Positions 26,821-36,642 of a stretch of DNA of 64,000 bases are shown here, piece by piece. The DNA is from a virus, in IMG/VR virus record IMGVR_UViG_3300045988_114765, positions 1 to 64,000 of that record. One strand, given 5' to 3'. The notes beneath the pieces were generated by a model. It worked only from the letters and a program-made list of their open reading frames with translations. It ran no database searches and was not told where the DNA came from. Made by a program: the position numbers and the translations under genes. The first letter of the stretch is position 1. Each line of letters starts with the position of its first letter.

Positions 26821-28521
26821 ATGACAACAATCATGCACGTGTCAGCTATCTTAGCCGTAGTGATTATTTTGGCAATCATCGGAGTCTTATCAGGGTATCG
26901 TAGATGTAAACCTAATCAGGTCTTGGTCGTTTACGGTAAGACAGGTGGGGAAAAGAAATCGGCGAAATTATATCATGGTGGAGCGGCATTTGTCTTGCCT
27001 ATTATTCAAAGCTATGATATTTTGTCTATGGAGCCTATGCAAATAGATTGTAGGCTCACCGGTGCTTTGTCGTCTCAAAATATCAGAGTGGATGTACCTA
27101 CTACTATTACAGTAGCAATCAGCACAAATCCTGAAATTATGCAGAATGCAGCAGAAAGGCTTTTGGAGATGGATACTGAATCTACTGAAAATCTTATTAC
27201 GGATATTGTTTATGGCCAAATGCGTTTGATCATTGCTGGAATGACGATTGAAAAACTTAATTCTGACAGGGATGAGTTTTTGGATAAGGCAAGAAAAAAC
27301 ATTGATAACGAACTTAATAAGTTAGGTCTTTACCTCCTAAATATCAACATCAGTGACATCAGAGACGAAGCCGGCTATATCATGAATCTTGGCAAAGAAG
27401 CTAAAAGTAAGGCCCTGAACGAAGCACAGGCTAATATCGAAGAACAGGAAAAGCTGGGTGCTATTAAGATTGCTGTACAGCAAAAGGAAAAAGAAACGGC
27501 TGTAGCTAATACCCAAAAAGAGCAAGAGATTCAAATTGCCTATACTGAAAAAGAAAAGGAAACGGTAGTAGCTGAAACAAAGAAAGAAAAAGAAGTAGCT
27601 TTGGCTTTAACCGATAAAGAAAAACAGATCGGTGTAGCTCAAGCCGATAGAGATAGGGCTGCGGTTATTGCAAAGACTTTGGCTGATAAGGAATCAGCGA
27701 TCGCAAAATCTAAGGCAGAACTTGAAGTAAACAAAGCTGAAGCCGAAAGAATGGAAGAAGTCGGGAAGAATAAAGCTGAAGCTGATAAACAGGCAGCTAT
27801 AGCAATCCAAGATTCCGAAGCTCAGATCAAGAAAGCTGAAGCTGAGAAAAACGCATCTGTGGGTTATAACAATGCCCAGAAAGAGGTTGCTGTATCAGAA
27901 TCAGAGCTACAGGTTATCAAAGCTCAATCAGAAAAGAAAGCCGGAGAAGAGAGAGTTAAATCGGAAGCGGCTGTGAAAACGGCAAAAGAGCTTGCTGATA
28001 AAGAAGTGGAAGAAGCTAAAGCTAAGAAGGTTCAAGCTGCGCTTAAAACTGAAAAGATTGTGCCGGCTGAAATTCAGAAGCAGGAGGCTATGTTGCAAGC
28101 TGATGCTGAAGCTGAGAAAATCAAACGTCGGGCTGATGCCGAAGCAGCAGCACATTTGGCAAAAGCAGAAGCGGAAGCAAAAGCTATTCAGATGAAGCTG
28201 GAGGCAGAAGCCGAAGGTAAGAAAAAGTCGTTGATGGCAGAAGCCGACGGATTTAAGGCTATGGTGGAAGCAGCAGAATCCAATCCTCAGATAGCCATCC
28301 AGTACAAGATGGTTAATCAGTGGAAAGAAATTGCTGGAGAACAGGTTAAGGCGTTCGAGCACATTAACCTCGGAAATATCATGGTATTTGACGGCGGTCA
28401 GAACAGTACCGGTAATTTCCTTAACAATGTTGTTAAGACCGTCGCTCCGGCATTGGGAGTCATTGATCAGCTTCCGATTGCAGATATTTTAAAGAAGCTA
28501 AAAGGAGATGACAAAAAATAA
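26821..28521 (+). CDS. flotillin/YqiK-like SPFH (band-7) protein with a long Ala/Glu/Lys coiled coil, 566 aa
   Basis: N-terminal TM helix followed by YRRCKPNQVLVVYGK...GGAAFVLPIIQSYDILS, which matches the YqiK/flotillin core; coiled-coil repeats. Confidence 0.8.
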   Translation: MTTIMHVSAILAVVIILAIIGVLSGYRRCKPNQVLVVYGKTGGEKKSAKLYHGGAAFVLPIIQSYDILSMEPMQIDCRLTGALSSQNIRVDVPTTITVAISTNPEIMQNAAERLLEMDTESTENLITDIVYGQMRLIIAGMTIEKLNSDRDEFLDKARKNIDNELNKLGLYLLNINISDIRDEAGYIMNLGKEAKSKALNEAQANIEEQEKLGAIKIAVQQKEKETAVANTQKEQEIQIAYTEKEKETVVAETKKEKEVALALTDKEKQIGVAQADRDRAAVIAKTLADKESAIAKSKAELEVNKAEAERMEEVGKNKAEADKQAAIAIQDSEAQIKKAEAEKNASVGYNNAQKEVAVSESELQVIKAQSEKKAGEERVKSEAAVKTAKELADKEVEEAKAKKVQAALKTEKIVPAEIQKQEAMLQADAEAEKIKRRADAEAAAHLAKAEAEAKAIQMKLEAEAEGKKKSLMAEADGFKAMVEAAESNPQIAIQYKMVNQWKEIAGEQVKAFEHINLGNIMVFDGGQNSTGNFLNNVVKTVAPALGVIDQLPIADILKKLKGDDKK

Positions 28522-28582
28522 ATACAATGGCCCAAGGTTACACTTGGGTCTAATTGAAGAAATAAAAGCAGCATTCATAGAT

Positions 28583-28598
28583 TTCCTGCCGGCAGGAA
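28583..28598 (+). terminator. GC palindrome TTCCTGCCGGCAGGAA followed by a T-rich tract; candidate terminator after the flotillin gene
   Basis: 16-bp perfect palindrome. Confidence 0.35.
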
Positions 28599-28719
28599 CA
28601 GTGCTTTACTAATTACGATATTTTTAACATGGATTTTGGACAAGATTTAGAACCAGAAGAACTGACCAAGCATTATGATCAGTATTATGGAATTGATTTT
28701 GAAACAGAAGAAGAGGAGG

Positions 28720-29034
28720 ATGAAGAGTATGACTGACGAGGAATTTGTATTGGATAATAAGAAAAGGGTTGTTGTAAGAAAAAGAATGTCTTATTTAAGC
28801 AAAGGGGATAAAGTGTGGATTGTGTCTTCCGAAGGGTATCTGCTACACACGGACGTGGTTAGAGCCGACCGCGGCCGATCTTATGTGGATATAGACGGTA
28901 TCCTGTATTGGAAACGAGGATTGGATGGCAAGCATCGTAATCGTAATAACTACATGCAGTTTGCCATGACACCAGAAGACGGTAAGAAGTATGTCGTATA
29001 TTACCCAGAAGGATTTAAAGACAATGACTTATGA
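28720..29034 (+). CDS. hypothetical protein, 104 aa (start moved to ATG 28720, which has a GAGGAGG SD)
   Basis: ORF plus SD. Confidence 0.45.
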   Translation: MKSMTDEEFVLDNKKRVVVRKRMSYLSKGDKVWIVSSEGYLLHTDVVRADRGRSYVDIDGILYWKRGLDGKHRNRNNYMQFAMTPEDGKKYVVYYPEGFKDNDL

Positions 29035-30050
29035 TGGTCCCGGAAACGCATTTGCTATATAAGGAGTTTAATGGTGTGAAACGTCTTGCCATATCTTATT
29101 CCCAGATAGATACGTTTCTTACCTGTCCAATGAAATGGTATAAAACTTACGTAGAGGGCAAAAGGTCTACAGAAAAACAAGAAGCTACATCTTATGGTAC
29201 GGTTATCCATAAGACACTGGAATACTTCTTTAAGAACGGAAGACAGCCTTCTGGTAAAGACCTTGGAGAAGCAATAAGTTACTATGCTTACCAAGAAGAC
29301 ATACCTTGGCAATCACCGGAAAATATGATGATAGCCATGAAACAATCTGGGGAGCTTCTTGCTTGGATTGTGGATCTGTTTAAAAAAGACGGGAATAAGT
29401 TTATGATAGCTGATAGTGATCTTAATCCCTGCGAGAAACTTATCAGACACGGTGCTATAGTTGGAGTCGAAGAAGATTTTGTGCTACCATACCGTCTTCC
29501 TAAGCCTGTTGATATAAATGGTGACGTTCATACTCATGTGTACATAGTAGGATCGGTGGATCTTCATCTGGCTATAAAAAGCAAGAACGTAGTTCACCAT
29601 TATGTCATAGATTGGAAATCAGGAAATAAGGTTTTTGATTCTAAGAAATTGGAAACGAATTTACAGCATCCTATATATTCATTTTACATCTATAGAAAAT
29701 ATGGTGGAGTTCTGCCAGATATGAACATCTATTTCTTTACCAGAACCAGGCAGTACCAAAAGGTTAAGGTAAATGAAGAGCGTAAAACAAAATCTATAGA
29801 AATGCTAAATGACACTTTATCTAAAATGTATGATTTTGAAGATAATAGTGTAAAAACATTTCAGGCATACATCCAGGGAGCAGAAGGAGCCAGGTATAGC
29901 AAGCGGCGTGCCACCCTAAGCCAGCCTGTTTCGCAAAACAAGCTACCCTGCCCGTCAGCACTGTGTTATTATTGTGACTTTGGATTACATAACAAAAACG
30001 AATGCCCTTTCTCTTCGGATTGGGATCCGTCTAAAAAGATAAAACGATGA
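29031..30050 (+). CDS. Cas4/RecB-family PD-(D/E)xK exonuclease with an Fe-S Cys cluster, 339 aa
   Basis: N-terminal SYSQIDTFLTCPMKWY; motif II GSVDL; motif III VIDWKSG; C-terminal CPCPSALCYYC. Confidence 0.75.
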   Translation: MMVPETHLLYKEFNGVKRLAISYSQIDTFLTCPMKWYKTYVEGKRSTEKQEATSYGTVIHKTLEYFFKNGRQPSGKDLGEAISYYAYQEDIPWQSPENMMIAMKQSGELLAWIVDLFKKDGNKFMIADSDLNPCEKLIRHGAIVGVEEDFVLPYRLPKPVDINGDVHTHVYIVGSVDLHLAIKSKNVVHHYVIDWKSGNKVFDSKKLETNLQHPIYSFYIYRKYGGVLPDMNIYFFTRTRQYQKVKVNEERKTKSIEMLNDTLSKMYDFEDNSVKTFQAYIQGAEGARYSKRRATLSQPVSQNKLPCPSALCYYCDFGLHNKNECPFSSDWDPSKKIKR

Positions 30051-30220
30051 AATACAAGGACGTTCAAAAGTTAAGAACAAAATACCGGCAAGATCCGGAA
30101 GTTATAAACGTAGAATACATGAGAGACGTTGCTGTAAGATGTGGGAATTTCAAGAAAGCATTTGAACTTCAGGAGAAGCTGGAGGATATATGGTTTAACT
30201 ACTTAAAGGGAGTCCAATGA
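30047..30220 (+). CDS. hypothetical small protein, 57 aa
   Basis: ATGA overlaps at both ends. Confidence 0.3.
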   Translation: MKYKDVQKLRTKYRQDPEVINVEYMRDVAVRCGNFKKAFELQEKLEDIWFNYLKGVQ

Positions 30221-30525
30221 AAGAAGATCTAATATGTGGAGTAGCGATCCTTTTGTATTTAGTTTTATTATACTTGCTCACGACAGCTTTCATAAAAACA
30301 GGTAGAGCAGTAGATCGTTATAAGATGAAGAAGAAAACTGACAAAATCAAAGTAGGTCAAAGATACGAACATAAGAACTACTTTGAGGATCCATTTGAAA
30401 GAGGCAAGCATGTGATTAAGATATTAGACATAAAAGAAGGGTACGTTCTATATGAGTACGAAGAAAAACCATATATACGTTCTTCTGTGAGTCTTGAAGA
30501 TATTGTTAAAAAAAATACATTTTAA
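30217..30525 (+). CDS. N-terminally anchored membrane protein, 102 aa
   Basis: N-terminal hydrophobic helix. Confidence 0.5.
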   Translation: MKEDLICGVAILLYLVLLYLLTTAFIKTGRAVDRYKMKKKTDKIKVGQRYEHKNYFEDPFERGKHVIKILDIKEGYVLYEYEEKPYIRSSVSLEDIVKKNTF

Positions 30526-30551
30526 TTACTGATGTTAAACACAAGTAAGTC

Positions 30552-30929
30552 ATGAAAAAAGAAGTCACAATCAAGGAAGATATGGCCGTGCTTTATAAAA
30601 ATACAGGAAAAGAACTATGGATTTATAACGGACTTTTCAGAAACAAGGTGTTGTCTATAAAAAAAGATAAAGCCATTATCATGTGTGAAACTGATGCTGA
30701 ATATGCTGTACTGATAGAAGATAATCAGTTTATTGCCGTAGCAAAAAACATGGATTATGATTACTGCTGCGCATTCACATTAGGTAATGCCGAGGCTTAT
30801 GGGGATCGTATGGGCATATCGTGCAGTGTATGCTTGCTTGAAGATAACGAAGATAAAGCAAGGGAGATGTTGAAAGAGGCGATAATAGAACTTTCAAAAA
30901 ACAGTAAAATAGATTGCGATGGGCTTTGA
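30552..30929 (+). CDS. hypothetical protein, 125 aa
   Basis: ORF only. Confidence 0.5.
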   Translation: MKKEVTIKEDMAVLYKNTGKELWIYNGLFRNKVLSIKKDKAIIMCETDAEYAVLIEDNQFIAVAKNMDYDYCCAFTLGNAEAYGDRMGISCSVCLLEDNEDKAREMLKEAIIELSKNSKIDCDGL

Positions 30930-32340
30930 ACTTAGACCTTACCAAAAAGAGGCAGTAGATGCCGGGCTTAAGTTCCTTACAGGAAGATCTAAGAAGCCTG
31001 GCATAGAAGTCTTGCCGTGTGCAGCGGGGAAGTCTTTGATAATTAGCAAGATAGCTCATGAATTAAAAAGACCTATCCTTGTATTACAGCCATCTAAAGA
31101 GATTCTGGAGCAGAATTATGCGAAGGCTGTATCATTCGGTTCTAAACCTACCATATATTCTGCTTCATGTAAAAAAAAAGAGTTATCGGCTATGACTTAT
31201 GCTACACTTAAAAGCATAAAGAAAGACGTAGCAAGGTTGAAAGATATAGGGATAGACACATTATTGATAGATGAGGCGCATAGCGGGTATTCTCCTGAAG
31301 AAGGTTCTGAATTTATGGAGTTTATGAACAGGTTCCCAGAGGCGAAGGTGCTGGGCTTCACCGCCACTCCCTGCCGCCTCCGAACCTACAGTTCCATGCT
31401 GGAAGGAAACTACAGCAAGCTCAATATGCTGACGAAAGACGAGCATAATTTCTTCAAGAAAATAGTTCATGTGACTCAAATACAAGAATTAACTTCTCAA
31501 GGGTTTTGGTGTCCACTTAAGTACGAACGATGGTCTTTTGATGAATCGGCTCTGATGTTGAACAGCACCGGAGCTGAATACACCAACGAATCTATTAAAG
31601 AAAGTATTGTACGAAATGGCTTAAACAACTCTATCTACAAGCGCCTTCTTCAACTTATGAACGAACGTAAAGCCATTTTGGTTTGCATGGATTCTATTGA
31701 ATCATGTAATAGAATATCAGAGTTCATGAATGCCAAGATGGGAGCCATAACCGGTGTCGTAACATCGCTAACAACCAAAAAGAAAAGAGAACAAATCATA
31801 TCCGATTTCAAAGAAGGCAAGTTGAAGGTGGTTTTTAATTATTCAACGCTTGCTACCGGATTTGACTTTCCTGAACTTGACTGTGTGATGTTTGGGCGTC
31901 CAACATTCTCATATTCAGTATTTTACCAGATTGTAGGCCGTGCCGTTCGCATCCATCCTGACAAGAAAGAGGCACTGATAGTTGATTGCTGCGACAACAT
32001 GAGACGCTTTGGTCGGATAGAAGACCTGACAATCGAGCAATTCCCTTCTAAGGGCTGGTGTATGTTTGCCGGCGATCAACTTCTGTCCAATATAAGGATG
32101 GGTGATATTATTACCAAAGACGAAATCCTTCGCCGGGCAGCCTCGCTTAAATCTGTGAATGGAGATGGTAGGAGAGAAGACGATCTTGACAGTATAATAA
32201 TGTGGTTTGGAAAATATGAAGGAATTAGATTCAAGGACATACCGGTGTCGTATTTTAGGTTCTTGGCTGAGAATATGGCAGTAAAACCAGGAGATAGAAA
32301 AGAAAAGATTATCGAATATTATAATAGAATAAAAGCATGA
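30919..32340 (+). CDS. SF2 DEAH-box DNA helicase (UvsW/ERCC3/type-III-res-like), 473 aa
   Basis: Motif I PCAAGKS; motif II LIDEAH; motif III FTATP; motif VI QIVGRAVR. Confidence 0.85.
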   Translation: MGFELRPYQKEAVDAGLKFLTGRSKKPGIEVLPCAAGKSLIISKIAHELKRPILVLQPSKEILEQNYAKAVSFGSKPTIYSASCKKKELSAMTYATLKSIKKDVARLKDIGIDTLLIDEAHSGYSPEEGSEFMEFMNRFPEAKVLGFTATPCRLRTYSSMLEGNYSKLNMLTKDEHNFFKKIVHVTQIQELTSQGFWCPLKYERWSFDESALMLNSTGAEYTNESIKESIVRNGLNNSIYKRLLQLMNERKAILVCMDSIESCNRISEFMNAKMGAITGVVTSLTTKKKREQIISDFKEGKLKVVFNYSTLATGFDFPELDCVMFGRPTFSYSVFYQIVGRAVRIHPDKKEALIVDCCDNMRRFGRIEDLTIEQFPSKGWCMFAGDQLLSNIRMGDIITKDEILRRAASLKSVNGDGRREDDLDSIIMWFGKYEGIRFKDIPVSYFRFLAENMAVKPGDRKEKIIEYYNRIKA

Positions 32341-32693
32341 ACAACAAGAGAAGAAAAAAAATATTGGGTGTTATTAAAAACGTAGATAAGTATAAAACAG
32401 ATTTTGAATACATCAAATCAAAGTTATCGGAGTTGAAGTATAACATAAATTCAGCCAAAGATGATGTTGATATGATTTTAGACGAAGAGACTGAGGCGAG
32501 AGATAATATACCGGAATCGTTACAAGACTCAGAAAAATATTGGGAATCAGATCAGGCTGTAGCTAATATGGAAGAGGTGGTTGATGACATGGAAGGCATT
32601 ATAAACGATTTAGATGATGTGATTTCAACCATAGATGGGAGCATTAAAACTATAAATGGTTCTATTAAAGTAAATTTGGAAGGAATAATATAA
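32337..32693 (+). CDS. hypothetical acidic protein, 118 aa
   Basis: ORF only. Confidence 0.5.
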   Translation: MNNKRRKKILGVIKNVDKYKTDFEYIKSKLSELKYNINSAKDDVDMILDEETEARDNIPESLQDSEKYWESDQAVANMEEVVDDMEGIINDLDDVISTIDGSIKTINGSIKVNLEGII

Positions 32694-32999
32694 ATGGAAA
32701 CAAGTGAATTAAGGGAAATATTTAAATTGTATGGTCTTCAACATGATGTTGTTATCAACAAAAGTTCAAGAAGGTATTCTATTATCTTAGATAATAACAT
32801 AATAGGAACCGATCACGCTAAAGAGAGGGTGGTTGTGTTCCGTCCTATACCGGAAGGGAAAAACACATTCTGCATGGAGCGAGATAGGTTCTACACGGAG
32901 TTTGAAGAAGCTTTTGATGACGATAAAGCCATAGAAGCCGTAAGACAATATTTTGAAAACAATAAAACAGAAAGTCATGAACGAAAACGAAATATTTAG
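32694..32999 (+). CDS. hypothetical protein, 101 aa
   Basis: ORF only. Confidence 0.5.
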   Translation: METSELREIFKLYGLQHDVVINKSSRRYSIILDNNIIGTDHAKERVVVFRPIPEGKNTFCMERDRFYTEFEEAFDDDKAIEAVRQYFENNKTESHERKRNI

Positions 33000-33324
33000 G
33001 TTGAAGGGCAGAATAGCCATATCTAACCTATCACGTGAGGATAAGAACATGATAAATAGCATCCTTGATGGTGTCAACAAAAAGGATGAAGAGGAAAAAG
33101 GATATGTCTATACCGTGAGAGTAAAACTAAACAACGGAAAGGTTGTACATGCTACTTTATTTTTTAAAAGCAAGACAGGTTCCACATTTGAAGAATTAAA
33201 GAAGGAGCTTGATGATATGGGAGTTAAAGATGATGATTATAGCAATAGCGGCATAATTATCATTAACCGCATTGTTATGAGCGGAGAAGAATTTGATCGC
33301 TTTATAGGCGAAGAAGAAAAATAA
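32953..33324 (+). CDS. hypothetical protein, 123 aa
   Basis: ORF only. Confidence 0.5.
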   Translation: MKTIKQKVMNENEIFRLKGRIAISNLSREDKNMINSILDGVNKKDEEEKGYVYTVRVKLNNGKVVHATLFFKSKTGSTFEELKKELDDMGVKDDDYSNSGIIIINRIVMSGEEFDRFIGEEEK

Positions 33325-33368
33325 TGGACTATATCATTATACTAATTGATTAAAACAACGATAAAACG

Positions 33369-33935
33369 ATGGAAAAAATGGACAATAATACTAAAAACAT
33401 CCTTTATCCAAAAGGATCTATTTTTCAAACACTGAAAGATGATAAGATAGATAAAAACACTATAATATACAAAGGATCTTTAGTGACTTCAGCAACAAAC
33501 ATAAAAGAAAATGACAAGTTTGCTGAAGTTTATTACAATGGAGACGCAATTATTATAGAAACAGACATTATGGAACTTATTCGTGTAGGAGATCCAGAAA
33601 AAAGTACTTCAATAAAATCAGTGAAAAATGACATCATTGACGACAAACTACGATGGGATTTGCTTCCGATGGAAGAAATTGAGGACATTGTAAAAGTCTA
33701 TCATGCCGGAGCCAAAAAATATGGGTCTAATAATTGGCAGAATCTTGACAACGGATTTGAGCGGTATCGAGCTGCAATGTTTCGACACCTGATGGAATAC
33801 ATGAAAGGAGAAAGAGTGGATTCCGATACAGGATGTTTTCATCTTGCACAATGTGCATGGAACTGCATAGCTATGCTGTGGTATGACAAGCATGGAAAAG
33901 GGTTGATACCATTAAATAAGGAGGAAAAGAAATGA
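33369..33935 (+). CDS. hypothetical protein whose C-terminal domain resembles the dATP/dGTP pyrophosphohydrolase N-domain (DUF5664-like), 188 aa
   Basis: WDLLP...VKVYHAGAKKYGSNNW motif (from memory). Confidence 0.4.
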   Translation: MEKMDNNTKNILYPKGSIFQTLKDDKIDKNTIIYKGSLVTSATNIKENDKFAEVYYNGDAIIIETDIMELIRVGDPEKSTSIKSVKNDIIDDKLRWDLLPMEEIEDIVKVYHAGAKKYGSNNWQNLDNGFERYRAAMFRHLMEYMKGERVDSDTGCFHLAQCAWNCIAMLWYDKHGKGLIPLNKEEKK

Positions 33936-34240
33936 CAATAGAACAACTAAATTATTTATTAAGAAAAGAGCTTTATGCTATAAAAAAACATAAAGACAAT
34001 ATTGATAGAATCAAAAAAGAATATTTTGATTCCAATTATGGGTTAAAAGAAGGAGATAAGATCCGTATTTTACACGAAACAGGAGATGAAATGATAGGCT
34101 TCTTGAAAAAAGTTGAAGTATGTGAAGACGGAGATCTGTACTTGACAATCCAAAAACAAAACGAAAAAGGTGACAAAGGCAGAGGAACATGGAATATGTA
34201 TCTATCATCAAAATCAATTAAAATTGAAAAATGTGTATAA
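33932..34240 (+). CDS. hypothetical protein, 102 aa
   Basis: ORF only. Confidence 0.5.
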   Translation: MTIEQLNYLLRKELYAIKKHKDNIDRIKKEYFDSNYGLKEGDKIRILHETGDEMIGFLKKVEVCEDGDLYLTIQKQNEKGDKGRGTWNMYLSSKSIKIEKCV

Positions 34241-34244
34241 TGTC

Positions 34245-34928
34245 ATGAGAGTGTTAAGTTTATTTGACGGAATGTCATGTGGTCAAATAGCGTTAAAAGA
34301 AATAGGGATCACGCCTGAAGTATATTATGCGTCAGAAATAGATAAGTTCGCTATTAAACAAACGCAATTAAATTTTCCTAAAAAGAATAAAAGAATCATG
34401 ATTAGAGCAAGATTTTACATTAAAAAATCCGACTGCGGTAACGACTACCGTCCAGTCAAATGGCCTATAAAATATCCATATTGGTGTAGTGCAGAATCCA
34501 GTAATTCATTTGTATTGGTGGCGTATGCTGAAGATGAAGACAGCATAAAAGAACTGTGGCCGGAGGCGTATGATATTAATGTCTTAGAGAAAGATACCGA
34601 AATTAGATTCACATTAAGATTTCCTAAACCAGAATGGTATGAATTGCACGAAAGGGAATTAGAAGAATGTGATAGGTTTATATGGATTACAGATGCGTGC
34701 ATGAGAGACGGTGTAATAAGAAAAGTAAAAGCTAAAATAGAAGAGTATGGTGGTCTTTTGTTAGCCGACATTCCTGACAGGATCACTCCTTATGAAATAG
34801 GAAGGGATGCTTTTGAGAGCAAAGAAGAAGCTTTAAAACATGCAGAGAAACGGAGAACGTACCTGATCGAGTCTACTAAGAAACAATTGAATGAACTTGA
34901 AAATCTAAAATTTAAATGCGATGATTAA
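34245..34928 (+). CDS. protein whose N-terminus carries C5-cytosine methyltransferase motif I/II-like sequence but lacks the PCQ/ENV catalytic motifs; 227 aa
   Basis: VLSLFDGMSCG (FxGxG) and ASEID...NFP, with no catalytic motifs in any frame. Confidence 0.45.
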   Translation: MRVLSLFDGMSCGQIALKEIGITPEVYYASEIDKFAIKQTQLNFPKKNKRIMIRARFYIKKSDCGNDYRPVKWPIKYPYWCSAESSNSFVLVAYAEDEDSIKELWPEAYDINVLEKDTEIRFTLRFPKPEWYELHERELEECDRFIWITDACMRDGVIRKVKAKIEEYGGLLLADIPDRITPYEIGRDAFESKEEALKHAEKRRTYLIESTKKQLNELENLKFKCDD

Positions 34929-35634
34929 CTACGCGGCAAAAGCCAGAAAAGCTTATTTGATAAACAATTTCGATAAGATTCTTAACAGTCTCAACACGCT
35001 TCATTCAACGGTTGAAACCATGACGTTGTTCGTAAACGACCAGGCTTATAATTACATTCTTAAGCTAAAGGAAGTAATTAAAACCAGTCCTATGTATAAG
35101 CACAATATCAAGCGTCTTTTAAATGATATGGACAAAGAGATAAAGAGGTACAATGCTTCTATCTACTACATAAATAAAGAGCGTAGTGAGGTTATAGCTG
35201 ATATAACACAAGCGATGGAAGATTGCCTCATGCCATACATAGACGACCTGGCCGGCGCTATAAGGGCAGCCGTGCGGTCGAAGGGTGTGTCCGAGGAGTG
35301 GACGGAAGCGGCGGTACTGTCCCTAATCGTATCCTCCTTGGCCATGACATCAGGCAGACTTATTTCAGGTGGATATCAGATCATGAAAGAAATGGGTGGT
35401 GGCTGGGGTGGTAATCCATTTACGTTTATGAGCATTGATAAGATAAGACACTTATCTACATCATTATCTGATGCTATTACCGGTGGAGAAATAGCTCTTG
35501 AAAAAAAAGAAGCCAATGACATAACTAAGGCAATGGATGTTTTTATTGAGAAAATGTCTGATTCGGATATTGTTGATAAGGTAATTAGCATACTCGAAGA
35601 GGCAGAATCTAAAAACAAGGAGGAGCGATCGTGA
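34921..35634 (+). CDS. hypothetical protein, 237 aa
   Basis: ORF only. Confidence 0.5.
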   Translation: MINYAAKARKAYLINNFDKILNSLNTLHSTVETMTLFVNDQAYNYILKLKEVIKTSPMYKHNIKRLLNDMDKEIKRYNASIYYINKERSEVIADITQAMEDCLMPYIDDLAGAIRAAVRSKGVSEEWTEAAVLSLIVSSLAMTSGRLISGGYQIMKEMGGGWGGNPFTFMSIDKIRHLSTSLSDAITGGEIALEKKEANDITKAMDVFIEKMSDSDIVDKVISILEEAESKNKEERS

Positions 35635-35822
35635 ATTATTTGGATAGGTATGTAGAAGAAGTTCTTTCCGAGCCGTACTATGATGATTACGGCTCTGGGA
35701 TTTTTAGGTGGTGGGTGGAAGTGTCTTACGTTTGTGAAGGAATAGGAGCTGTCACTACCTTAATGTTTGATACGAGAGAAGAAGCAGAGGCAGTAAAACC
35801 AGGTTACAAATTTTTATGTTGA
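35631..35822 (+). CDS. hypothetical protein, 63 aa
   Basis: ORF only. Confidence 0.4.
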   Translation: MNYLDRYVEEVLSEPYYDDYGSGIFRWWVEVSYVCEGIGAVTTLMFDTREEAEAVKPGYKFLC

Positions 35823-35829
35823 AAATAAT

Positions 35830-36063
35830 ATGAAGTATTTTATTTTATTGATGACATTAGTATTATCATCATGTTCAAATAATCATCAGGTTAATGACGG
35901 ATGGGTTATATATGATCTACGTCCTTTACAGGGTGGACGTGTGATGTATTATGCTGAAGACGAAAGAATTTCAATATTTAAACATAATAGAATCATAAAA
36001 TTCGTTGGACACCAAGGGGAATACAATATCGGAGATTCTATTAAGATCGTGAAAGTAAAATAA
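35830..36063 (+). CDS. putative lipoprotein, 77 aa (signal peptide with lipobox LSSC)
   Basis: MKYFILLMTLVLSSC. Confidence 0.5.
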   Translation: MKYFILLMTLVLSSCSNNHQVNDGWVIYDLRPLQGGRVMYYAEDERISIFKHNRIIKFVGHQGEYNIGDSIKIVKVK

Positions 36064-36064
36064 T

Positions 36065-36553
36065 ATGGAAAATAATTTAAAACTCGTATGTCCAAAATGT
36101 GGCACCCCTCACCAGCCTCATTCTCTGCACACGATGGATGCAGATGGATTTGAAAGGAGTGAGATAAGAACTGTCATGGAAGACAGGGGATGGTGCTACG
36201 AATGCTCTTTTTGGCAAAACTTGTACGACAAGCACAAAGACGATCCTGGATGGGTTAGGATAGACGGTGAAAGCTGGGTGCTTAAGCCTATGGCGGAAAA
36301 CGTACCGAGCGGATGGAACAGCCTTGGATGTGGTGGAAGAAAAATGTATATCAATATCGAAGGGGAAGGCATTGTTACATCAAATAACTGCTGGTGTCAA
36401 GGTGATGTTTCGGACGCATTCAAGGATCTGATGCCTGATAATGCTACTTGGGCTACGAAGGAGGAATTTGACAAAGCTCCTGTAGTAGGACATATTATAG
36501 AAGGTATTGGTTTAGTTTTCACGGATAGGGGAGGTCATGAAGTTAATGCTTAG
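36065..36553 (+). CDS. hypothetical Cys-rich protein, 162 aa
   Basis: ORF only. Confidence 0.55.
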   Translation: MENNLKLVCPKCGTPHQPHSLHTMDADGFERSEIRTVMEDRGWCYECSFWQNLYDKHKDDPGWVRIDGESWVLKPMAENVPSGWNSLGCGGRKMYINIEGEGIVTSNNCWCQGDVSDAFKDLMPDNATWATKEEFDKAPVVGHIIEGIGLVFTDRGGHEVNA

Positions 36554-36597
36554 AAACTTATTTCATGTTCTGCTTATACAAGAAAAGATGGTAACTA

Positions 36598-36642
36598 CAA
36601 CAATCCCCAACCATACAATAGGCGTACGGTTGGGGATTGTTG
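36598..36642. terminator. 15-bp perfect-stem hairpin (CAACAATCCCCAACC / GGTTGGGGATTGTTG) at the convergent junction of the plus and minus blocks
   Basis: Inverted repeat lying between the stops at 36553 (+) and 36643 (-). Confidence 0.5.
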
